NCBI GenBank assembly: GCA_028534125.1
Contig: CM052817.1
Coordinates: 60,762,001 to 60,826,000, forward strand
Source of the DNA: Lama glama
Lineage: Eukaryota
DNA: 64,000 nt
Direction of reading: 5' to 3'
A program made the position numbers and the translations under genes. The notes under the pieces are model-generated. The model ran no database searches and was not told where the DNA came from. It was given only the letters and a program-made list of their open reading frames with translations. Positions within the stretch are counted from its first letter, which is position 1; each line of letters opens with the position of its first letter. This document shows, piece by piece, positions 24,497 to 38,010 of the stretch.

Positions 24497-27324
24497 TAGA
24501 GAGACAACCCAGAACATAACTACACTATACAAAAAAGCCGTAACAATATAATGTGTAATAAATAATTGTATGTATGTTATTACTTTAACATAGAAGTGTG
24601 AAAATAGGAATTGATTGATATTGAATATATTGAAATTATAAAAGTTGGCCCATATTATTTATTCCTTATCACAAAATGCTATTATTTAAACAAAGCAACA
24701 ATAGTATTAGTTAACTGTCAGAGTAGTAACTGATAGTAGTACTAAGTAAACAACTCATATGTGTGATAAAAGTGTAACAATATTTTAGTAAGGTTTCTTT
24801 CTGTCCTCTGATAAAATTAATTTTTAACTCTATATTAGATATTTAAATTTTGTAGACTATATTTAAGACACATAAATATGAGTTTTTATAAAAGGGGAGC
24901 AGAAATAAAATAGGACTGATTCAACAAATGTTAATTTTACTTTCTGTTTCCTTTTCCAATAATTGTTCTCTGAACTGCCTGCAACCTGTAGAACATCCTT
25001 CTTGTCTTTTATTTAGTGATAAAACTGAATATAGTTGAACATAAAATTCACTGTGACTTGAAACTCTGCTTTTATCAAGCCCGCGTAGCACTGATTCTGT
25101 TATCATTCCTATGTGGTGACGTCAAGCTAACTATACTCAGGAAAAGTAAGCATGAAATACCTAGGAGTTTACTTACTAGCAACAGCACATATTTCAACGT
25201 GTAAAAATTAGTTGCCAGCTCCCCGAAAAGATGCCCATACACTTTGATTCAACAAGCTTGCTTTTAAAGACTTGCTCTCTGTCGATCATAACCCCTGCAT
25301 CTACAAATTCATCATACAGGCTAAATATGTCCAAATGTCCACCATTTTTAAACACTTGAAGAACACTGCATGTCATCATAGGGTAAAGCTCTCTTTCTTA
25401 GGACAACGATTTTAAAACATAGAGGAATCTGAACTTGTGAAATCAGTGCTGGAGTCTAAAGAAGTTACAGTTCTAGTAAAGAAATTGAGTAAGTATTGTC
25501 TAACTCAGCTGTCCTTTTCTGGCGACTTTTTTGGGGAAGGTTCTAGAGTAGACTTATTTCCAAAAGAATAAAATCTGCTTCTTACTATGAGTTTTTGTCC
25601 TAATCTATACATAAAATTGAAAAACTCAGGTGCATTCAATTCATCCTTTCCTGGGTGCCCTATGGTTTCTTCAAAACTCATCAAATCAGTTTGGGAAAAT
25701 ACATACAAAGCTCTGTTTAATCCTTTTCTCCAGTGTCATCTTCAGTATATCTCCAAATTAAGGAAAAATATTCTTCTTGTCCCACACTTTGAAAATGTGA
25801 TTTTTGTGGCAATCCAACATTTTCATTATCCAATAGCTGTCTTTAAGGCATATGTCTAAGGAGGCCATCTTCCATTTCTATTAAATAAAAGCTTGTCTCA
25901 ATGGCTTCTGCACATTTTGAAGAAACAAAGATGACCAAAAATTTTCATTATGAAAGCTTCAATGTCATGGGTAAGCAAATTGTGCCCATTTTTTTTTTAA
26001 TGGTGTTGCATACAAGGTATATAGAACTTCTCACAGATAAGATCTTTTCACTTTCTTTAATAAGAAGTTTATCACTGAATGGAATTTGCTAAAATTTACA
26101 TTTGAGATATCTACAGAACTTGCAGGTAGATGATTAAAGTCTTCATATTTGGATGAGATATAGTAGACTTTAGTCTCATGCTTTCTGCAGCTTATTAAAA
26201 CCTTCATAGAAATCAAGATGATTTGACACTACCTTTTAAAAATTAAAGTACCTAAGAGCTAGAGGGGTCTTTTTTTTTTTTTTTGCCATTATGTGACACA
26301 ACTTTACGGTAAAAAACACGATCATTCAGGTAATATCTGAAAGAATCAGCTCTACTCTGTAAAGAACCAACTCATCTGTTACCAAATTTTCCTCCTTTTG
26401 TTTTCCCACAGTACACTTGATTTGAAACCTCAGAATCAGGAAAAGTAGCTTTCCTGAGTTTCCTCAAGCTCTCAGGGGAACAATACAATAAAGTATGTCT
26501 GTTCATGTGATATGCCCAAAGTCATTCGGTGGCTGCTGTTTTCAACTGAGCATTGGTGTCTTTGGGGAGACACAGAAATTTTTGATTGATTTAGAAGTAT
26601 TGCCTGTCTCGTCCGCAACATGTGAAATTCAGTCTCCCTGTTGTGTGCTTTCACATTTCCTTTTCTGCCACATACCTCATACCAAATTCTTTTCTGCATA
26701 TTATGCAGGACGCTGTTTTGGTTATTTACCTCCCTAATTCAGTTCTTTGTGTCCTTCTCTCTTTAATAAGACAACATGGTCTTGTAGACTTCTATTTCAT
26801 TGATGCCTATGTCAGGCTAGTATTTTTATTTTTATCATTCTGGTTTTCTTCACCTGAACTCTTTTTAAAAAATGATCACAGGATTCACAATGTTAAAAAT
26901 TAAATTAGCATCATCTTGATAATACCAAGAAGAACAGTCAGTCCACAGGTGAAGGACTGTTAACACTCATGATTACAGTGCACTTAAATTGCACACGTAA
27001 GTCTCAGCACTCACAGTGATATAACAACGGATGATTCATTATTATGAGTAGCAAGTCACTGTTGCGAACATCCACAGTCAGGGGAAAAGTAGGGACAGCA
27101 ACTGCAGAAGGCAGATAATCCCTGTTGTATTCATAGCTACAAAAATAGTAGCTTTCAACTTCCATCTTTTAAACTGCTAAGTTGATTTTGTACCTTCTCC
27201 TCAACCTCTGGTACCCAATACCAAAAACCGGGAGTTTTTGTCTCCTAGGATGTCTTCCCTTGATATAACATTTTCATTACCATAACAGAGGCATCTCAGG
27301 TGACCTGGGACAGTTGTCACCCTC
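24497..27324 (-). mobile_element. Near full-length hAT-Blackjack-type DNA transposon fossil with decayed transposase
   Basis: Right end ctgggacagttgtcaccct resembles a Blackjack/MER94-type TIR; left end tagagagacaac is a possible degenerate TIR. Minus-strand fragments in order: CIICRKEFG, WAYHMNRH..ATFPDSEVSNQVYCGKTK, SSVDISNVNFSKFHSV, LLTHDIEAFIMKIFGH, LIKAEFQVTVNF..KDVLQVAGSSE. Many stops and frameshifts. Confidence 0.8.
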
Positions 27325-29194
27325 ATTAACTCATTTGAGTTTGCAGGTCATTTATGAGCACTTTCTTTTTCTATTCTGCTGTTCAATTTTTTGGTTGAGA
27401 AATTGAGGTTTCTTTGTGTGTTTGTAGCCACATAGATCTTTTTAGACTGACAGTTGAATCTGGTCAAGTGCTCTTTTTATTTTTCTTTTAAAATTGGAAA
27501 CTTTCTATCACTACAATCTTGTTTCCCCCAAATGTTTTCTGTTTGTTCTGAGTCGTCTTTCCCTAACTGTGGGATTCACAATAGAGGTGGTTATTTTTAT
27601 CAGCTCAAGGAGACTCAGGTTGGATTGTTGGATTATCCTAGGTATTGGCAAGTCTTGCTAATTGCAGAAAGTGAAATGTCGTCTCTCCTCGTAGGCCAGC
27701 AATATAGAAGAAAGTGGTTTACACATCTTTCTTCTGAGGCACGTGGAGGAGTCTGTGGGTTCACCAGTCTTCTGTTCTGTCCCAGGCTCCAGGCCTGAAA
27801 GATCTCTGCCCACCCACTCAACTCCTTCCCGATCAATTTAAAGGCAACAGAACAGATATATTCATGAGGACAAATATTTAAGAAAGAGAGGCAGGAGGAC
27901 TTAAGGCCCACAGATCTCTATGAAACAAACGCTCCCCCAAACTTAGTTTCTTCATTGCCTTCCCTGGAGGTTCCCCTGGTTTTCTCAGGCACTTGCCCAG
28001 CCTGAACGATAGAATTACTAGTTCTTCCCACACACAATTATCCAGAACTCCAAACCTTACTGACCTCCTGTCTTCTAGACTCTAGCAACCATTCGTTTCA
28101 AGAGAAATTTGTCAGTGATGGGAAGGAAGCTGTGTTTAGTTACCACATTCCCAGAAGGCTTTATAACATTAAAAAAAAAATAGTATTCCAGTAGCCTCAA
28201 AAAAGAAAGGCAAAGGAGTTAGAGGTAGACATACTGCTTCTTTTCTAGGTTAAAAAATTTTTGTATAAATAAGCTGATACTTATTTTAAACACCTTCATA
28301 TCTTTCTTGTGAAAATTTGTGCCATGTGATGACTATTTTGGAACACAAATTCAAATTTCAAAATAATAGCAGATAAATATGGTAGGCCAGCAATTAGGGC
28401 AGTAAACAAAAGCATATATATTTTAAAAGTCAGCCTTAAACACTAAAATGCAGACTTGAAGATGACTTCTGGATAAATTCAGAAGAATTGATGAATGATG
28501 TTAAGTTATTAATTTGCCCAGAGTGGAAAAGGCCATCACCTAGAACCAAATGTCATAAATATTAAAGCTGTCCCATCTTCAGAACTTATGTGGGCAATGA
28601 ATTATAAGGACCTCTGTAGATCGATTCTGGGTTAATCATAACTCTTTGAGCTTCTAATTCACAATTGCTTTATCCTCTACTGACCATTAGCTTAAATTGT
28701 AAAGAAGTTAGCAGCTTAGAGTGCAAGGATAGAATTTATTTCTCCCATATTGTTCTCAGTCCTTTTAAGTTTCATTTAGTGAGCAAAAACAGTAAATTCC
28801 ATCCTGTAGCCTTTGTTTTAATTTTAAAAAGCTCTACTTTTGTTTCAATCCTGAAAATGAGAAATGCTTAAATAGCAATAGTCACAAAGTCAACAGGTTT
28901 CAGGGGTCTGGAATTGTAGAAACCAGATGTCCATTTATACCAGTGATTTTAACAAACAAGCAACCTGTTTTTTTAAAAGCTTGACTCATTTATCTTAATA
29001 GTGTCATTACATAGCACTAAAGAAATTGCATTCTTTTCTTTTCAGGCCTCTTGCTACATACTATGTTGCATTATTTTTATTTACACAAATATTATTTCTC
29101 AAACTAGATAGGCTGTGTCTTGAAGACAGAGGCTACTATCTTTCACTCGTTTTTGCATTCCTATGGCGAATATCTCCCAGGAATTTATCTTTAA

Positions 29195-29400
29195 TGTAGT
29201 GAAAAAAGCATAGAAGGTGGCCTTGAGCTCAAGTTCCAAATCTACCACAAATAATTGCTGTGACTTAGAGTAAGTTCCACTACCCCATCTCAGAATTAGA
29301 TATCATAATTGCAGCTGCCTCACAGTGTTGTAAAGAACAAGTAGATTTATGTGTAAAGGCATTTTTAAAAGTGAAAAGCACTTTCTAAATGTTAGCTATT
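29195..29400 (+). mobile_element. MIR SINE
   Basis: ttgctgtgacttagagtaagt...gcactttctaaatgttagctattatc. Confidence 0.6.
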
Positions 29401-30828
29401 ATCATGAGGAAGAAATGGAGGGCAGAGGGAAGACATTCCTTCTTCAGTAAAGGGAATTCTTATCTTAGTCTTTGTTTTAAATGTCATCTTTCCATAATTA
29501 TTCCTACTGAATGTCTTTTTAATAAAAAGGGATCATCATCGCTGTCTCTCTGTAGCTATAGATTTAGAGGTGAACTTTTAAGAAATTTGCTAAATTAAAG
29601 ATTCATATGAAAGGGAATATGGTTTCCCAATGAAAACGAAAGTCATTGGGATAATCGGTAAGTCTCTTTGCTTGTGGCGTGAACTTCTGCAGTTATCACG
29701 GGAGACTGCTGCCTAATGAACTGGAAAGTGCTTTCAGCATTAGGTCATAATGGAGGTGTTGGAACAGGGGCATCCAAGTCAAGGGCATTCTACAGACGAA
29801 GAGAAATGTGGCACCATCCGTAACATGGTGAGGAGCACAGGTGTAGGTTTTAAAAATACATTTTCCCATCCTTCACTTTACTTGGCAAGAAATTCAAATA
29901 TTTGAGAAAACAACATTGACTGTTTACAGTTCTTCACTTGAAAGGTGGAAAATTGCAGAAAACTGAAAGGTTAAAAGAGTTTGCATAAACAAGAAATGGT
30001 CACCAAAGGATCTCTCTGTTCAATCAGTTAGGCATTAAAGATGAGGAACTTAAATATTTGGTGTTTTCTTGTATAACTATTTCAGTCACCAGAATATTTG
30101 AATATTTGTCCTGATTCCCCCGAATGAAAATTAAGTTCCCCTTTCTTTAAACCACTGTAACACTTAAAGCGTCTTTTATGGGACTTTCCATAATATACTT
30201 TGTGTTACAGCAATTTAGTGGTTGATTTATCTCCACTTCTGAGTTGTAAACAGCTTGAGGTCAGGGGCTCCAGTCGTACCTTTATATCCCTTACAGATCC
30301 TTTCAGGATCTTAAAATTAATGCACAATGATTGTTCATACAGTGGAATTCAGAGACGGGTTACTATAGAAATATTGTAAGAATGAAACAGAACCTAGCTC
30401 CTAGCATCATCTTGGTAGTGAGAAATTCATCACAGCCTATTGGCATCTGGGCACTATTATGAGGACACAGGTGTTGAGCATCAATTACTACCATGGTCTG
30501 TCAATCACCACAGCATTCTGGGGACCAGAAATTGATAATATTTGAGGTAGATGCCGCTTCAGAATCTTTTCCTTCCTTACAAATGAGTTGTAGAGTATGT
30601 TTACCTGGAGTCCCTGGATGCACTGTTGCCCTCTGTTTAACCAGAATGAATTATTCTGCTGGCATGGAATTCACTGGTAAATCCGTCAGTGGCCCACAAG
30701 TCAACTGCTTATCCAAACATGACCTCAACAACAAAGACTAGTTGAAAATTTTTAAGTAATATCCATCACCTAGTCAGATGGATTGAAAATTTCCCAGGCC
30801 AAACTCTCAATTATTATTCTGTTGAAGA

Positions 30829-30888
30829 GTGATTTTAGGTTTTGTTGATGAGGTTTTTGTGATTTTAGGTTTTGTTGATGAGGTTTTT
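30829..30888. repeat. Perfect 30-bp tandem duplication
   Basis: gtgattttaggttttgttgatgaggttttt x2. Confidence 0.95.
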
Positions 30889-31406
30889 TTAGATAGTTTT
30901 ATTTAACGGTTAAAAACCAAAGGACAACGATTGCATGTTTTAGTAGATGAAAAAGGCCAGGGTTATTTTCAAAAGCTACAATAGTTTGAGTTACTATGCA
31001 ACATTTCATTGGCATCGCTGCAGGCTATAATCATACTGTTTTAATGGTTCTCTTTTTAAAAACGCATTTATAACGCTTTGTAACATTAGAATTTCTAGAA
31101 GCACGTATATAGTGGCAATGATAATGTTACCATACGTTTAAATCGAGCTCCACAGTTCACAAAGCAGTAACAGCAATGCCAGAACACTTTTCTAATAGCA
31201 AAGCAATATGTCCCCAGCAGGTGGGGGCGGCCCTGGATGATTGTAAAGAAGCTGCAAGGGGATCCCGGAGGCCAGCATGGCTGTTTGACAGAAGGAAATA
31301 GCAAAAATCAAAGTATGTTGCTACAGGAAGCTTCAAGGTCACAGCTCGCTCTCTCTTATTGTAGGTGTTGACCCAGGAAGCTTAAAGCAGATATGGAAGT
31401 TGGTGA

Positions 31407-31933
31407 TGAAGGGTAGCAGAATATGCCACCCAAACACCTGTAATGTAGGCATATTGATTATTTTGAGTCATAGGTTCTTAAAAAACAGCAAATGCAGAGA
31501 GAGGCTTTCTCTGAACTCTGTCTATTTGCCTAAAGATAAATTGTCTGAAAGGAACTCGGTTGTCATAGATCCTCCTTGGGCGTTTCATCAACCAGGGGAT
31601 ATTGACTCATCACTGAAGAGACTAGAAGTGGACACCACACCCAGACAAACTTGGTCATATACCATCACACACCATCTCTTCTCCTAAAGCCCGTGCATCT
31701 TGGCTAAACATCATTGACTCTCCCCTGTACAGCCTACATCCTCCCACCCCTTCCCGATTTAATGGTATTTAATCCTGATTTCCAAGCCACTTCTTTGAGT
31801 TACTCGCTTTTCCCTGGGTATCTCCCCTGTATACATGAGAGACATTTATATGTGTTGATAAACTTCTACTTGTTTTTTTCTTGCTAATCTAACTTTCATT
31901 ACAGAGGTCTCAGCTAAGAAATCCTCCCTTACA
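31407..31933 (+). mobile_element. ERV1 solo LTR (MER34-like)
   Basis: tgaagggtagcagaatatgccacccaaa...ttgattattttgag start; ends cccttaca; flanks gtga/gtaa (near 4-bp TSD). Confidence 0.8.
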
Positions 31934-32159
31934 GTAATTAGTGCAAAAGATCAGAGCGAAGAAGGCCTGTGGGAAGACTATGTGGTTATGAGTAATCAAT
32001 GTAGAGGAAACTTAACCAAGGATTTTGCCCTCTCCCACACAAACCCTCCAAGAATCTGTCAATTTTACAATTATATCAAGCCTGATGTATAAAAATGTTC
32101 CTGATGATATTACTCATTTTTATCAAAAATTTTTATTTAAAAATTGGTGTGTCTAAGAT

Positions 32160-32325
32160 TGTCAACTTCCAAGATTGTTAAAAATGCATATTCCCAGACC
32201 TCAAACAGCAAATATTCCAATGTGGTAAGTCTGGGGTTGGGTCTGGAGTTCACATTTTTAATGCAAGAATTCCTTGGTAATTCTGATGGTGATGATCTTA
32301 GCATCAGTTTTGAGAAGCACTAATC
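32160..32325. mobile_element. MER5A-like hAT-Charlie MITE
   Basis: ttgttaaaaatgcatattcccagacctc...ggtaattctgatg...tttgagaagcact. Confidence 0.7.
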
Positions 32326-32569
32326 CATAGTACTGAACTCAGTGCCTAGGGTACAGCACACACTCAATGAATAGTTTCAGTGAATGATTTCTTTTATCTC
32401 TGTTTCAAGATCCCATGGTTTGGTTAGGGTTCACCATCAACAAAAAGATGATAAGTACTCACTGAGCACAATAAATTGATCTGGGTGTTTTAGATCATAC
32501 TTCATGCAAAACTTTTTATTGAGTATATGATATTGACTTGGTCTAAGCAAACGTATTTAAAAGGCAGTA

Positions 32570-32906
32570 TAGTCATCCTTCAGTATTTGCAGGGGATTAA
32601 TTCTAGGACCCCCAAAATCCAAGGATGTTCAAGTCCCTTTAATAAATGGTGTAGTATTTGCATATAATCCACACACATTCTCCAATATACTTTAAATCAT
32701 CTCTAGATTACTTATAATAACTAATACAATATAAATGCCATGTAAATAGTTGCAAATACAATGTAAATGCAGTGTAAACAGTTGCTGGCATACAGCAAAT
32801 TCAAGTTTTGCTTTTTGGAATATTCTGGGATTTTATTTTTTGAATATTTTCTGTCCGTAGTTGATTGAATCCATGGATGCAAAACCCATGGATACAGAGT
32901 TGACTG
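32570..32906. mobile_element. MER2-like TcMar-Tigger MITE
   Basis: tagtcatccttcagtatttgcagggga...catggatacagagttgactg; homologous to 47839-48215. Confidence 0.85.
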
Positions 32907-32949
32907 TGGTTAAATATATCGAGTATTTATATTTCCTTACTTTACTTTT

Positions 32950-34460
32950 ATGTTTAGATATCCTATTCTTTTCCTAATATCAGAAAATACAGTCTTACAT
33001 GTTCTTCCAGTTTGATGGATTTTTAAAATTTGGGTTCTTTGTTCATTATAATTAATGTATTACGTTATAGGAATTTAGTTTGTGGATGATGTGACATACT
33101 GCTCTAATACTGACCTTTTAAAATACTCACTTGTCTTACTATCATTTTGAATAGTTTTCTTATTTGCAGCACTGATTTGGATTATGGTCTTTGTAATACA
33201 GTCTATGACATTTATATATTTTTATCGGTTCTGTAGGCTTTTTTGTCTATTCCACCGATTTTCTATTCTCAAACAGGTGCTTTTTTTTTTTTTTTTGAAG
33301 CTTTATAACATGTTTCACTACTTGGTATTCTTAATTTCCAAACATTTTTTTTATTTTCAATTTTTTTTACTATTCTCATCCGTTTTCTTCCAAGTAAATA
33401 TGCAAAGATTTTAATAAATCCTAAGACATTCTTTGGATATTTTCTTTAGATTGCATTAAGTATCAAATAAACAAAGGAAAACTGACATTTCTTTTACAAT
33501 TCTGATCTATTCTTTTAGGAATATGTTACATCTTTTCTAGAAACAAGTTTAAATCTTTTTCAGTCAAATGTTTGAAGTTTTCTGTATATAATCTTACTCA
33601 CTTATGGTTAAAATTATTCCTAGGTATTTATATTTAGTATAAGTGGATATTTTTATTCAAAGTACATATTATCTCCTATTGATGTATTAATAAAAAGCAA
33701 TTGATTTATGTATCTATTTATAACCAATCTATGTTAAAATATTTATTTTTTCTAATATTCTTTCAGTTGATTCTTGTGGATTCATAAATATGTTATCAAA
33801 TAATGATAAATTTGTCCTAATAATGTGAAATCAGATTTTTGCTTCCTGCCTTATTGCATTGGCTAGAATGATTACAGTCATACTAAGTTTTAGGGCTGAT
33901 AGTTGGCATCATTTTCTTGACTTAATGGTGAAGCCATAAGAGTCTCAGTTTCCAATAGGTGTGCTACTTGCTTGAAGTAGTTATTCTGTTCTATACCTCA
34001 TTAAAGAAGAACCTTTTTCTATATACATTACTAGATAAATAGATAGATAATGGTTTTCAATTTTGTCAAATGTATTTTTGGTGTCTGTTGAAAACTATTT
34101 AAAAATTTTATAAAGCTTCATTTAGAAGACATGTTATCCCAATTACTGTCCTAATTTTGAAGCAGTGTTGGTTTTCCTTATTTAATAATGCTACATTATT
34201 GTTTTAATATACTATTAAAATCAGTTTGCTGTTATTTTGGGGAGAACAGGACTCTGAGATTTTGGGATGTTTGTCATATTTTAGTATTAAGGATATTCTA
34301 GTGCTTTCTTTATGCTAGAGAAGTTTTTACTTCTTGAGAAAATATGATTTTTCTTTTTCCAGGAAATTATCAAATTTTGATATTTTAATTTTATTCCTAT
34401 AGAATCATGCATAGTATTCTTTTGAACCTATTTTTGAATATTTTGTTTCATTTTTTAAAC
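32950..34460 (-). mobile_element. Highly diverged L1ME-like ORF2 fragment
   Basis: attattcctaggtattt...cttattgcattggctagaa...ttttgtcaaatgtatttttg, antisense L1 ORF2. Confidence 0.65.
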
Positions 34461-34469
34461 CATCTGTAT

Positions 34470-36885
34470 ATTTAACCTTATTGAGATGTAATTGCCAAAA
34501 AGTTGCATATATTTAAGGTGCACAAATTGATGTTTTGATATAAGTATACATTGTGAAGTGATCACCACAAGAGGCTAATTAACATACTCATCATCTCACG
34601 TAGTGACCTCTTTTTGTCATAAGAACACTTACGATCTACCCTCTTAGCAAATTTCAGATTTATAATACTGTATTGTTAACTATACTCACCATGCTGTATG
34701 TTAAATTTTCAGAATTTAGCCATCTTGCATAACTGATGTTTTGTGTCCTTTGACCACCATTTCACCTTTTCTCCTACCTACCACCCCCTGGTAACCACCA
34801 TTCTACTCTGTGCTTCTATGGGTTTGACTGTTTTAGATTCCACGTACAAGTGGGTTCATGCAGTATTTGTCTTTCTGTGTCTGTCTTATTTCACTTACTG
34901 TAATATCCTGTGGGTTCATCCATGTTGTTGCAAATAGCAGAATTTCCTTCTTATTTAAGAATGAATAATATTTCATTGTATATCCATTATTCTTTATGGA
35001 TTCTCTTTCTCCATTCATTTATTGAGGACATTTGTTTCCATATCTTGGCTATTATGAATAATGCTGTGATGACCACGGGAGTGCATTTATCTCTTTGAGA
35101 TACTGATTTCATTTCTTTTGGTTGTACATCCAGAAGCAGGATTGTTGGATCATCTGGTAGTTCTATTTTAAAATTTTTGAGGAACATGTCTAATGGCTAT
35201 ACCAATTTACATTCCTAGGAACAGTGTACAAGGATTCCCTTTTCTCCACATCTTCATCGAGACTTATCATTTCATGTCTTTTTGATAATAGCCATGCTAA
35301 CAAGTTTGAGATATCTCATTATTGTTTTGATTTGCATTTCCCCGACAATTAGTAATACTGAGCACCTTTTCATGCATCTTTTAATCTTCTGTATGCCTTC
35401 TTTTGAGAAATGTTTTTTCCCATTTTTAATTAAATTATGTTTTTGCTATGGAGTTGTATGAGTTCCTTATTTTTTGACATTAACCTCTTATCAGATATAT
35501 AGTTTTCAGAAATTTTCTCATTCCATAGCTTGCCTTTTCCCTCTGTTGATTATTTTATTTTCTGTGCAGAAGCTTTTTAGTTTGATGCAATCTCATTTGT
35601 CTATTTTTGCTTTTGTTTCTTATGCTTTTGAACATGTTCTATCCAAAAATCATTGCTCAGACAAATGTCAAGATGCTTTTCCCCTATATTTCCTTTTAGG
35701 AATTTTATGGTTTCGAGTCCTATGCTTAAGACTTTAATCCCTTTTGAGTTGATTTTTGTATATGGTGTGAGATAGGAATCTAATTTTATCTTCTCCACAT
35801 GGATATCCAGTTTTCCCAAAGTCATTTATTGAAGAAATTATCCTTCCTCCATTGTGTGTTCTGGACACCCCTTCAAAAGATCCGTTGACCATAAATGTAT
35901 GCATCCCTTTCTGGCATATCTATTTTGCTCCCTTCTATATGGTCTATATGTCTGTTTTTATGCCAGTACCATAGTGTTTCAGTTACTCTAGCTTTGTAAC
36001 ATATTTTGAAGTCAGGAAGCAAGATGCCTTCAGCTTTGTTGTTGCTCAAGACTGCTTTGGTTATCTTAGGTCTTTTGTGGTTGCATATGAATTTTAGGAT
36101 TTTTTTTCTATTTCTGTAAAGAATGCCATTTGAATTTTGATAGGGATCAAATCTGTATATTTTTTGTGTGGTAAAGACATTTTAACCATATTCTTCCAAT
36201 CCATGAACATGACATTTCTTTCCATTTCCTTCCGTTGTCTTTCATTTCCTTCATTACTATAATTTTCAGTATACAAATATTTCACCTCTTTGTTAAATTT
36301 CTTCCTAAATATTTTATTCTTTCTGTAGTTTTGTAAATGCATCATTTTCTAAATTTCCCTTTCAGATAGTTCATTGTTTATGTATAGAAATGCCACTGAT
36401 TTTTATGTTGATTTTGTGTCCTGTAACTTGACTGAATTTGTTTATTAGTTTTGGCATTTCTGTGTATTCTTCAGGATTTTCTACATGTATGATCATGTCA
36501 TCTGCAAATACAGATAATTTCACTTCTTCCTTTCAAATTTGATGGGTTTTTTCCCTTGTCTAATTACGCCGGCTAGGAATTCCAGTCCTATATTGAATAG
36601 AAGTGGTGAGAATAGACATCCTTCCTTGCCTGTTACCTTTACGGAGCTGAAGCAGAGTCTGCAGAGTCACAGAGCTGCTTCTAAGGACCACAGTCGGCCA
36701 CCTGGCCACTGGGGTGCAGGCATGCCCTCTGACAACATCCTTCCTCAGTATTAGACTCCATCAGAGTTTTGCAACATGGATCCCAAGGCTCCCACAGAAA
36801 CACATTTTTACCAAATTGCTTTTTCTATGGGGATATGAATTGGCGGACCTCCTAGTCACCCATTCTGCTGACATCAGTCCCTCTC
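34470..36885 (-). mobile_element. L1MA8/9-like LINE-1: 3' ~2.1 kb joined to a 5'-terminal piece
   Basis: 3'UTR (acgatctaccctcttagcaaatttca) and ORF2 peptides on the minus strand (KLDSYLTPYTKINSK; ELPDDPTILLL). 36640-36880 resembles an antisense L1 5' end (ctcctagtcacccattctgctgacatcagtcc). Confidence 0.85.
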
Positions 36886-36949
36886 TCTGTATTTGTATAT
36901 ATTTTTTCTTTTCCCCTAATCAAATTTACCAGGAAATTACCTTTCCCTC

Positions 36950-36989
36950 AAATAAATAAATAAACAAACAAACAAACAAGCAAACAAAC
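36950..36989. repeat. (AAAT)n/(AAAC)n simple repeat
   Basis: Directly visible. Confidence 0.85.
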
Positions 36990-37722
36990 TGAATATTTGA
37001 TGTATTTATTAGTTCTGTTTATTTTATGAATTCCTTAAGTTCTATGTTTATATATAATAATTTTCTTTATTAAGATTGGAGTTTTTTTAAAAAATAAATT
37101 TGTGACTTAGGTTATGAGTGATTACTGAGGGAAAAAGAGATAATCACTAAAAGATATTGTAAACAACCCAGAATAAAGTTATGTTCCCTACATGGTGATA
37201 GACAAGGTTGTATAATTTTTTTTTCCTCATTGCAATGCCCACCAAGTTCCACTATAGGTCACACTTGGCCTTAGAAGAACATTGGACAAGAACTGTATCT
37301 TTCTAGCCCAGCAGTGTTAGTTATTTCTCTTCAATGTGAGTTGTACTTGCAGAATTCATTTAGGATATAGGTCACAGGCAAGAAGATGATACCCATATCG
37401 GGTTGGTGCAAAAGCCTACCTGGTTTAGAAGCCTAATAGTCCAAAGGAGTCGTTATCTCTTGTAACACCTCCAAAAGCACAGTTTACAGGGTCCCCAAAG
37501 ACACAAGGCCAGTTAGAAGAATTACTGCACTCAGAGAAGCGCAAAGCCATGGCTTCCTTTCCTGCGTTTATTGTTCTCCCAGTTAAGATGACATTTATTA
37601 TAAGCAGTGTGGCTTAGAATGTAGTGACCATTCCAACTTGATTACATTTCCAAGAGAACAGAGCTATAAATTAACCAAAAGCCAAATTTTCATTGAGAAT
37701 AAGTGTTTAGTTTGAAGTATAG

Positions 37723-38010
<288 letters not shown>

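Noticed and set aside
24921..26903. Possible domesticated transposase gene or processed pseudogene
   Set aside because: Motifs are scattered across frames with many stops; a TIR-like end and no poly(A) tail indicate a dead DNA transposon.
34743..36345. ORFs with L1 ORF2-like peptides
   Set aside because: Fragments of a decayed L1, not host genes.
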